From: Eledone cirrhosa
Lineage: Eukaryota
Direction: 5' to 3'
DNA length: 64,000 nt
Assembly: GCA_964016885.1 (NCBI GenBank)
Contig: OZ024755.1
Span: 27,776,001-27,840,000 of the forward strand
Below the pieces are notes generated by a model. It was given only the letters and a program-made list of their open reading frames with translations, was not told the origin of the DNA and made no database searches. Below are positions 54,301 to 64,000 of the stretch, one piece after another; within the stretch, counting starts at the first letter, position 1, and every line of letters begins with the position of its first letter. Position numbers and translations under genes: made by a program.

Positions 54301-54545
54301 ATAAAATAAAGTACCAGTAATGTACTGACTGGGTAATTGCTGGCCTTGTGCCAAAAAGTAGAAACAATTATTTTATGGTTTGAGTTATGGCCCTTTACGG
54401 TCTGAGTTCAAATCCCGCCGAGGTTAACTTTGCCTTTCATCCTTACGGGGTCGATAAAATAAAGCACCAGTAATGCACTGGGGGTTGATTTAATCAACCC
54501 CCCCCTCAAATTACTGGCCTTGTGCCTAAAGTAGAAACGATTATT
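51313..54545. mobile_element. Dense SINE family 1 array (about 7 minus copies, then about 6 plus copies) with L1/Tx1 3' fragments at ~52100-52530 and ~52675-52997
   Basis: Repeated SINE consensus; the LINE pieces are homologous to 60300-60760. Confidence 0.85.
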
Positions 54546-54657
54546 ACACCATACAACGTTAATTTCACACCATAGCATCCATTCTCGTGAAACCAAATGC
54601 TATGTTACACCACACAATATAATTGATATATCACCTACCGTTAATATATCTGAATTA

Positions 54658-54859
54658 CCATATTTGACGGCTTATAAGACGCATGGGTTTTATAAGACGC
54701 ACCTCAATTTGTGGTTTAATTTAAGGGCCCCTACAGCACAAGAATTCAACTAGCCTGTGACCCAAACTGACTCATGACCTTATATGACGCAGGGTAATTT
54801 ATGGGACATTTTTGGGGGTGGGGAGTGAGGGAGTGCGTCTTATAAGCCGTCAAATACGG
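54658..54859. mobile_element. TA-targeting MITE
   Basis: TA|CCATATTTGACGGCTTATAAGACGCA ... TGCGTCTTATAAGCCGTCAAATACGG|TA. Confidence 0.85.
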
Positions 54860-55274
54860 TAACTATGTCTGTATGCCTTCATCTGGCTAAGCGGTTAGAG
54901 AATTGGATTCGCAATCGTGAGGTTGTGAGTTCGATTCCCGGACCGAGCGATGTGTTATGTCCTTGAGCAAGACACTTTATTTCACGTTGATCCTTCTACC
55001 TGGTGTTGCGACCGATAAATAGTATTAGCAATTAGAAAACCCAACGGAAACATTGTTTCCTCGGTCCGATTTTACGAAAGTCGATCGTTCCTTTATGTCT
55101 GTATGCAGTCGATGCATTTCTACAGTTTTCATCAGATTTTGTTCAAATTTGATACGTAGGTTATTTAGCCCCCGGTGCATGTCAACATATAAATGAAATC
55201 CCTTTCTCCCTTAAAATAGCAGAGTTTTGGGGCTATTTAAAGACGGCCATGTTGAGGAGAGAGGGGTTCTTTAT

Positions 55275-55505
55275 TTACAGTGTGTGCATGACAACGGTGT
55301 GCATAACAACGACGGGCTCTTCAGCACAGCATTTTTCCATTCGTCACGCTCTTTCGTCATCTCCTCTGTGAGCTTCAGCGATCTGAGGTCAGCCCTCACC
55401 ACCTCCGCCCATGATTTTCGTGGTCTTCCTCTACTGCGTCTTCCCTCTACTGGGATTTCTTGGCACTTCTTTACCCAGCGGTCATTCTCCATGCGTATCA
55501 CATGC
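55275..55505 (-). mobile_element. RTE LINE 3' fragment
   Basis: HVIRMENDRWVKKC...VEGRRSRGRPRKSWAEVVRADL...RDEWK; a shorter copy lies at ~31622-31752. Confidence 0.8.
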
Positions 55506-55756
55506 TAGTAGTTAATAAAACCTCTTCATACGAAGAAATAATAAATATTTACTATTTATGTAAGAAAAAAGAATGCTGATAGTGAATTACATAAATAAAT
55601 AACTATCTTAGCAATAGAGATATAAAGAGAAACCAAAGGCTTGGATCTGAAAATGATTAAAGCTTCGTATATCAAAAGTTCAAATATCGATAATATAGTA
55701 CACCTACAGGTCCAAAGTTACAAAACAACAACAAACTGGCCATCACAAAATAAAAT

Positions 55757-56083
55757 CCTGTTGTCCCCCGGTATTCGCGGGGGTTACGTTCCTAGAGCAC
55801 TCGCGAAGAGTGAAAAACGCGAATATTGGACGTGCCCCATCAAAATACCTGTAAATGTCAACACATAACGTAAAATATAGGCCGGCAAATACGGTATATA
55901 GTTATTAATAATTTAGCGTTAAAAAGCGTGAAAAAATATATTGCCACGAAAAAAGCTATAAAAAATCGCGGAAGATATTTACGATTCCGCGAATATGCGG
56001 TGATTTCCACGAACAATTATGAGTTAAGTTCTAAGGAAAATTCCGTAAATAACCGGGACCGCCAATGCCGGAGGTACATTGTA
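55757..56083. mobile_element. Tigger/pogo-like MITE, degenerate
   Basis: CCCCCGGTATTCGCGG versus CCGCCAATGCCGGAGGTACATTG|TA termini. Confidence 0.5.
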
Positions 56084-56379
56084 TATTAAACTGACATGCT
56101 TTCCTTCGTATTTCGTCTGAAAATTAGAAATTTTATGGTCTGAGTTCAAATCCCGCCAAGGTTAACTTTGACTTTCATCCTTACGGGGTCGATAAAATAA
56201 AATACCAGTAATGCACTGGAATAATTGCTGGCCGTGTGCCAAAAGTAGAAACAATTATTTATTTGCAAAGATCCGAAATGGTGAAAAATTCAATTTAAAA
56301 ACGAATAAAATCAGTTTTTTGTCAAACGCATTGTTTAATGGATTCCAAATCATTTGTGTTTTTCTTTATGCTGGAGATA

Positions 56380-56550
56380 CAGGTAAAATTCCGTTATAAC
56401 GAATTTTTCAGTATAACGATTTTTTTTCAATCTCCGAGGTAATAACAAACAAACGCTTAATTTGTTTCGGTCGATCTTGTTATAAAGAATTTTTCGTTAC
56501 AACGAATTTTTTTTATAACCCGTGAATTTCGTTATTACGGGATTTCACTG
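56380..56550. mobile_element. Tigger/pogo-like MITE
   Basis: TA|CAGGTAAAATTCCGTTATAACGAA ... TTCGTTATTACGGGATTTCACTG|TA. Confidence 0.75.
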
Positions 56551-59199
56551 TAATAACACTGGTGACTGAGTAGACACCATAAACAACGTTTCAATGACAG
56601 TAGTTGACAACAAATGAAATGTTACGTGTCCTTAAAAAAAAAAAATCTTTTTAAAACATATTTTAGTTTTGCTTTGTTTTGTTTTCTAAATCGCGATAGA
56701 TTCTCTCTTCTGATCTTTCATGTGATTTAATCATGACTATAAATATCTCTTACGACGTCATAATATCTAACGACAGATTACGAAATAGTGTTTGGGATTT
56801 AGACAATTTAAAATTAGTTGAATGTCAATGGTTTTGTTTTCTTTTCAGCCATATTTTGTTTGTTAATGAAATAATTTGCATAATAAATTCCAAACATTGT
56901 TTACATAATCCATCACTAGACATTACGACGTCATCAGGAGTGTTCCTATTGTGAGGTGTTGTTATAACCAGAAGGTTACAGTTAATGTCGAACGCTGATA
57001 CAATTATAATATAATTGTTTCTACTTTTGGCACAAGGCCAGCAATTACCCCAGTGTATTACTGGTACTTTATTTTATCGGCCCCGTAAGGATGAAAGGCA
57101 AAGTTAACCTCGGCGGGATTTAAACTCAGAACCGCAAGGGCCGTAACTCTATGCGTCAAAGCATGGCGTCCGACCCTCTACCGATACTGCCAGCACAGAG
57201 TCCGTTATATATTTTTTATCCCGTTAGTAAAACAAGTTGGATTACTTTAAATAAATAATTGTTTCTACTTTTGGCACAAGGCCAGCAATTACCCAGTGCA
57301 TTACTGGTACTTTATTTTATCTACCCCGTAAGGATGAAAGGCAAAGTTAACCTTGGCGCGATTTGAACTCAGACCGTAAAGGGACGTAACTATGCTGGAA
57401 AGCATGGCGTCCGACCTTCTACTGATACTGCCAATCCCCCACCCTTTAAATAAATAATTGTTTCTACTTTTGGCACAAGGCCAGCAATTATTCCAGTGTA
57501 TTACTGGTACTTTATTTTATCGACTCCGTAAGGATGAAAAATGAATGAATATTACATAATTTATGTACTAAATTTCGTAGCTCTTGATTAAACATAAATA
57601 TTCTTATAAATAATAATTGCTTATTTTAAGATTCATTTCTTTTAAAATTTTCAAATGTCAATACTTCCGGTTATGATAGAATGGACGCTATATCATATCG
57701 CTTATATAAACGTTGAAATATTTGCATCGTTATTTCATAACGTTTATATTTCCGTCACTAATTTTCTCGTTTTTCATTTTCATTACATTTCACCGTAATG
57801 CAGTTTATATATAATATCGTCTTTTTTAAATGTATCTTGGATTACTTTACTGATTACAGAAGAGAGTGTAACACAGTCTCTCTTCAATTTCTGTGCATAT
57901 TGTCAATTACGATTTTATTTGACATATCATATACACATGCGTATATATTTGCATATCATATCAATATACACACTACATATGCTAGCAGAAAACCACATTG
58001 ATCTCGGCAGGATTTGAACTCAGAGTGCAGAATACTGTAACGAATACCGCAGGGCATTGTAACCAACATTTTAACGACTAATGCTAATTCGCTGCTCCAC
58101 ATAACTAAATCAAGGTATTTTTGTCAACAATTGACCTCAAACACTTGAACGTTTCACCTGAAAGTCCTGTGATCATTTAGAACCGATAAAATTAAGAACC
58201 ATAATAAGATTGTGAGATGTAGGTCAAGAGTGACCCAATTCTTAGAGATTTCATTGGTAGAAATCAATGGAAAACATTTCTATTATCCTACATATACTCG
58301 TTAGAGATAGAATACTGGTATTTTATTGATCATACACATACATACATACATACATACATACACACACTCACTCACATACATACACTCACATACATACATA
58401 CCCATATAATACATACATACATACATACATACATACATACCCACACAGGCACATACATACATATAGGGATGATAGCTGCAATTCTATTTCTAGTAATGCC
58501 ATTACTTGATACTTAAGCATGAGTACCACAGACATGGCCTTATAGTCTTGCTAAGGATTTGCCTATGGCCAGCAATACCATGCATTGCAAAAAATGTCAC
58601 ATATCAAGCGATGCTTGCGCTTGAAGCTTTTTTAAGTGAAGAAAGGCTTTGCACGGAGCCAGTCAACACTTTCTGAACATCAAATGCATTTGCCTCAAAA
58701 GTGGAACTGGTCTACATCATTGGATGCAAACGAAGTTGCAGGTTTTATATCAAAGTGACCTCCTAGAGAGATGTCTTAATGAAGACTAGCAGTCTGTTGC
58801 TCCACAAAAAATACTACATACATACATACATACATACATGATGGCTGCCCCCTCGTTATCAAGTATGGCCATTGCACGATATAACATTATTAATAAATAT
58901 TAATTAATGCTGGATTTTTTTTTAAGTGAAGAAAGACCGTGCACTGAGCCAATCCCACTCTCTGAGTGACAGTAGCTATAACCCCAAAAGAAGAAAAGAT
59001 CAACATCATCGGTATCTACTGAGCCGTAGGTTTTATGTTGGCGTTATCTCAGTTTCCTGAGTTGCCTTCTAGAAGAATGCCCTGCCAAAGGCTAGGGGTC
59101 CTTCACTCCCAGTGGTTTAACCGTGCAACTGGGTACCCAGCCTGATTATTTCTGTGTCCGCAAACATACATACTCGTCTCTGCTGTATGTACTGACTCT

Positions 59200-60784
59200 C
59201 AAGCCACTAGTAGACAAAATGGAGGCATTGAGCGGGATCCTCGTGAACTAGGATGTAGGAAATCTGTGACAACATATACAGAGGAGATCACCGTAATGGT
59301 GTCGAACACCAAACACACTGAGATGATCGGCACCGCTCTCAGGGAGTATGAAGCGACAACAGGAGTGAAAATTAACCAGGAAAAGTAGGTGAGCCTGTGG
59401 ATCGGCACCTGGAAAGGCAAATCCATGTCGTCCAACAGTGTCGTCGCTCGCCAGACGGCTGGATTAGTTAAATTGCTCGGACTCTGGCTTGGTCTAGACC
59501 TCCAAATGGACAAAAACTGGAATGAGGTAACGAGTAGGGAGGCCACTTTTGTCCAGAAATGAGCTGAGAAGAATCTATACCTGGAAGGTTTGGTAACGGT
59601 GGTGAACACACACATTGCATCCGTCATCTAATACCGACCATCGTACCTTATCATGATCCACATCTGGCTGCACTTGGGCGTTTACTCTTTTAATTTTTGT
59701 AGAAGGGAAGCATGCCAATGCTTAGGCAGTCCATGTGCTGCCAACACCTGCTGTGTGGAGCACTGAGCATGCCATGGCTGATGGTGAACAGGTGTGGTCA
59801 GCGTTCGCTATACCCCCCACCCCCCTCCAGCTCATCTCTTTGATGGAGCTACAGTCCTGGATCAAGCGAAGTTCAGATGAAGTGCTTGGAAACTGGAATC
59901 TCTTCAAGCACTCACAGCCCTCAGCCAATCGGACTGTGCGATAGGAAGAGACTCCAACTAGGCATTCTATAGAGGATTGGTGATGGGTAAAACGACGACG
60001 TTCTCGCAGAGATTCTGGGTGTTGACAAAACTCAACTAGCCACACTTTTCTGGAGGACATTTAGTTCAGTGCATATGGATAACATCCAGAAATCCCTAGC
60101 CTGACAGTGCTACCGGGAGTCATTACCAGTTCTAGCATGGAAGTGCCGTCAACAGGGCCTGTCCGAGATGTGCGCAGGGTCAGAAAAACTGTTCTCCCTA
60201 ACACCTACCGTCATGCTGAGTCCATCGAGAAGATTGCCTCGCCGCCTTCAGGCAGTTTTTATCTGCCTGATGGCCATGGCAAATGAGGTCGTGTGGTGGA
60301 CACATTTGAAAGGGTTGAAGACAAACACTTTCCTCTTTGGCAAAGCCTTGATTGACTTTTTCTGGTTTCACTTGATGAGGAAAATCAAGGTGGAGGGGGA
60401 AGTGCTGCCTTACAACCAGTTTGTTGAAAGGTAGGTAAGATTGGAGAGTATGGCCCGAGCGACTGGGCCTGTTCTTTTGAAAGGTGGGTATGATTGGAGA
60501 GTATGGCCTGTTCTGTGCATGCACCTGTAGATTGGTGGAGTGAGCACTTGTCTTAGTAGTCAGGATGTCTGTGGCTGTTTGTAGACATTTTTACGAGTGA
60601 CCCTTGGAAATCTGCTATTCGGAAATTTCTTTTGTTTGAATATTTTTATGTGTTCTTTGTTTTCTTGTTTTTGTTAAAACTATTTTACGCACTAAAACTC
60701 ACACTGTCCTGCCCTGTGCTGTCCTTGATGTTTTCTTTATGTGAGCCCTCTATGGCTAATAATGAAACCATTATTATTATTATT
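59200..60784 (+). mobile_element. 5'-truncated, decayed L1/Tx1-clade LINE
   Basis: TYTEEIT (YADDVT-like)...LREYEATTGVKINQEK...VKLLGLWLG...KNW, with many stops and an (ATT)n tail. Confidence 0.78.
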
Positions 60785-60875
60785 GCAGAAGACTCAACTT
60801 GTACCAGGGGTACAAGACTTGTATCAGGGGTACAAGCCGAAGCTGAAGCATATATACAGTATGCCCCCACTCCAA

Positions 60876-61125
60876 CTGTAAAGTGGTCATGTTGAGTAGA
60901 TGTCACGACAAAAAGCACCCAGTCCACACTGTAAAGTGGTCATGTAGGTGTCTCGATAAAAAAGTACCCAGTCCACACTGTAAAGAGGTCATGTAGGCGC
61001 CATGACAAAAAGCACCCAGTCCACACTGTAAAGTGGTCATGTAGGTGTCACGACAAAAAGCACCCAGTCCACACTATAAAGTGGTTGAGTAGGTGTCATG
61101 ACAAAAAGCACCCAGTACTTACTAT
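60876..61125. repeat. ~48-bp tandem repeat (about 5 copies) inside a SINE-like element
   Basis: ACTGTAAAGTGGTCATGTAGGTGTCACGACAAAAAGCACCCAGTCCAC units. Confidence 0.85.
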
Positions 61126-62261
61126 AAATGAGGTTGGCATTAGGAAGGGCATCCAGCTGTAGAAATCAAGCCAAAATCAGTTCTGAGCACAACATGGTCA
61201 CTAGAGCTGGCATTGCCCATTTAGTTGTCATTATAACCTTTTAGTGGCCTTTATGATCTGAGTTCAAATCCCGCCAAGGTTAACTTTGCCTTTCATCCTT
61301 ACGGGGTTGATAAAATAAAGTACCAGTCACGCACTGGGGTCGATTTAGTCGACTTTCCCCTCCCCCAAAATTGCAGGCCTTGTGCCTATATAAGAAACCA
61401 TTATAACCTTTTAGTAAGATTGCCACTGTAGGAAGATGGAGAGGTAGAAGAAGTCTTCCAATGGTTCATAAAGTATAGATCAGAAGTCGTAGTTTTTTAT
61501 ACAAAAATAATTTATTCCTTTGATTGTTTTGAACATGTTACAAAATGTATGCAGCAAGAGTTTTTGTGTGAAGATGCCAGCAAAATGAATGTTGTTTTCT
61601 AGTAGGTCAAAAATGCAGTGAGACAGGCACTAATTTATCCTTAATTACTGTCAGGGATTGGAATATCTGGTAAAACAAAGTTGACAGATAAATGGTAAAT
61701 CCTTGAAAGGCCGTACTCTCAATGTTAGAGAGAAAAATAAAAAAAAACAGTGGGAAAGCTAGTTAAGAGCTGTTACACTACCAACGTCCAATACGCAACT
61801 AACAGCCAGTTTTGCAAAAGGCACGTTCTACTGCTGGTCAGAAATGGTCATTTTTATTCATACGTCACCAACCCTACATGGCTGGTGACTGACCAACCAA
61901 GAACGACCAAATTACGACACAGTGATAAAATAGTACTATCCTGTCTCGCTACACCCCTACAACAGGACAACTCGTCTAACCCATGCTAGAGTGGAAAAAT
62001 GGACGTAAAAAGGTGATGATAATGATGATGATTGTGGTGGTTTTGAAAAAATTTTGGAGTTTGAGATTACAATATTTAAACACATCTCTTTGGAGTTCAA
62101 ATCCTATGAAAATGGCCATTTTCCTTTGATATTTGTATGTGTGTTTGTGTATGTGTATGTGTATGTGTGTATGTGTTTCTGTGTCTGTGTATGTGTTTCT
62201 GTGTCTGTGTTTCTGTGTGTTTGTGTATGTGTTTCTGTGTCTGTGTATGTGTCTCTGTGTG

Positions 62262-62350
<89 letters not shown>

Positions 62351-62415
62351 ATGTGTTTCTGTGTGTGTCTCTCTCTCTATATATATGTGTGTGTGTGTAT
62401 GTGTCTGTGTTTCTG

Positions 62416-62454
<39 letters not shown>

Positions 62455-62712
62455 GTTCCCTGCTGTATTAGCGATAAATTTTCGAGGGTTTCTCTTAGTA
62501 GCTTTTTCATGTCGTTAATATTATGATGTTCCCTGCTGTATTAGCGTTAAATTTTCCCTGCTGTATTAGCGATAAATTTTCGAGGGTTTCTCTTAGTAGC
62601 TTTTTCATGTCGTTAATATTATGATGTTCCCTGCTGTATTAGCGTTAAATTTTCCCTGCTGTATTAGCGATAAATTTTCGAGGGTTTCTCTTAGTAGCTT
62701 TTTTCATGACGT
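62455..62712. repeat. Compound tandem repeat (72-bp and 26-bp subunits)
   Basis: TTCCCTGCTGTATTAGCG occurs five times with alternating spacing. Confidence 0.85.
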
Positions 62713-63022
62713 TATTATTGTTAATTTTACTGATGTAGTATTAACTTGGATATTTACCATGCGACCCTCAGTTCCTACCTCACAATTTCCCTCCCCCCCA
62801 CCCCCACACACCACCATAGTCTATTCGACCAATCAAACCTAGCATGCCATTTCCACTGCTGCTGCTGCTACTACCTGCCTAACTAACTCTCTCCTCCTCT
62901 GGCGCATCCCAACACACCCTGCCATTACCCCACCACCACTGTCCTTCTAGCCCTCAATTTTCCCACCGTTATGGATGGATGAGCTGGGAATACACGAGCA
63001 ACTCTGAATCAATAGATGAAAT

Positions 63023-64000
63023 ATGAATCTGCGAGCTACCAAGCACCCACGTGAAGCGCCAACCCAGAGACCCTCCCCTACGAGTGTCGACAAATGCCCA
63101 AAACTCCGAGTTGGTACCATCAATGTAGGCTCAATGAAAGGAAGAGCAGGAGAAATCGTAGAAATGCTAGAGCGAAAGGAAGTTGATGTATGCTGTGTGC
63201 AAGAGACTAGATGGAGAGGAGGGTCTGCTAGAGTCCTTGTAGGAAAAAGCCAGTGCTACAAATTTTTCTGGGTGGGAAATGACGATGGGATGGGTGGTGT
63301 AGGTATACTATTAGCTGACAAGTGGGTAGATAAAGTAATCTCAGTGTACAGGGTAAATGCAAGAATCATTAAACTCAGACTAGTCCTGAATAAGACAATT
63401 ACCACAATAATATCAGCTTACGCACCCCAATCGGGGCTGCCAGACGAACTTAAGGATAGGTTTTACGAGTCCCTAATACACACTACTGCTCTAACAGACG
63501 ACAAGGACTTCCTAATCATTGCAGGAGATTTTAACGGACACGTAGGTAAACACTGCGACGGCTTCAATAGAGTACATGGAGGCCATGGAGTTGGCACAAG
63601 GAATGAGGAAGGATTCAGACTTCTAGAATTCTGCGACGCCAATGACATGTCGATATGTAACACAAACTTTAAAAAACCCGACAACCACCTGATCACCTAT
63701 AGATCAGGGGAGCACTCTAGTCAGTTAGATTTTATTCTCATCAGAGGACGTGACAGATGGACGGTCGTAAACACAAAAGCCTTCCCTAGTGAGGAATGTA
63801 CATCCCAACATAGCTTAGTTGTCAGCGACCTCACGGTCAGAACTAGACGAGCCCTGAAACAGAGGCCAACCTGGAGAAGAAAGATCTGGAAGCTGAAAGT
63901 CCCCTCAACCAGTAACAGATTTAAAGATATTTTACTCAACGCCTACGACAGTAAAGAAGAACAGATAGAGACATTTAACGTAGAAGAGAACTGGGAGTTC
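63023..64000 (+). CDS. RTE-clade LINE ORF: N-terminal apurinic-like endonuclease domain, open to the window end
   Basis: ATG at 63023 and 326 codons with no stop: GTINV, CCVQETRW, GVGILL, SAYAPQ, AGDFNGHVG, RNEEG..LLEFC, QLDFIL, SQHSLVV. Confidence 0.93.
   Translation, partial: MNLRATKHPREAPTQRPSPTSVDKCPKLRVGTINVGSMKGRAGEIVEMLERKEVDVCCVQETRWRGGSARVLVGKSQCYKFFWVGNDDGMGGVGILLADKWVDKVISVYRVNARIIKLRLVLNKTITTIISAYAPQSGLPDELKDRFYESLIHTTALTDDKDFLIIAGDFNGHVGKHCDGFNRVHGGHGVGTRNEEGFRLLEFCDANDMSICNTNFKKPDNHLITYRSGEHSSQLDFILIRGRDRWTVVNTKAFPSEECTSQHSLVVSDLTVRTRRALKQRPTWRRKIWKLKVPSTSNRFKDILLNAYDSKEEQIETFNVEENWEF

Overview
AT-rich, repeat-saturated eukaryotic DNA. The SINE families and (TA)n/(TACA)n microsatellites resemble those of octopod cephalopods; the taxon is an inference. 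Almost all listed ORFs are microsatellite artefacts. The only host gene I can support is a tandemly duplicated, three-exon, minus-strand NUPR1/p8-like gene (copy A ~17.7-23.4 kb, copy B ~34.3-45.3 kb). Both copies have a TATA/Inr promoter and a conserved intronic C/EBP-ATF-like site, and each has acquired its own TE insertions. Mobile elements include a full-length frameshifted IR/DR Tc1 (DD34E) transposon, several MITEs, non-autonomous Helitrons, about 40 copies of one tRNA-derived SINE, fragments of RTE, CRE, L1/Tx1 and CR1-like LINEs, and an RTE ORF with an uninterrupted APE domain that runs off the right edge. The most unusual signals are in RNA structure. At least six minimal type I hammerhead ribozyme motifs sit in Penelope-like inserts within (TA)n tracts, and each NUPR1 paralog carries one on the sense strand of an intron. 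A multibranch RNA fold with compensatory changes lies at the 5' end of a bipartite RTE-derived element. All calls are by eye and untested by computation.
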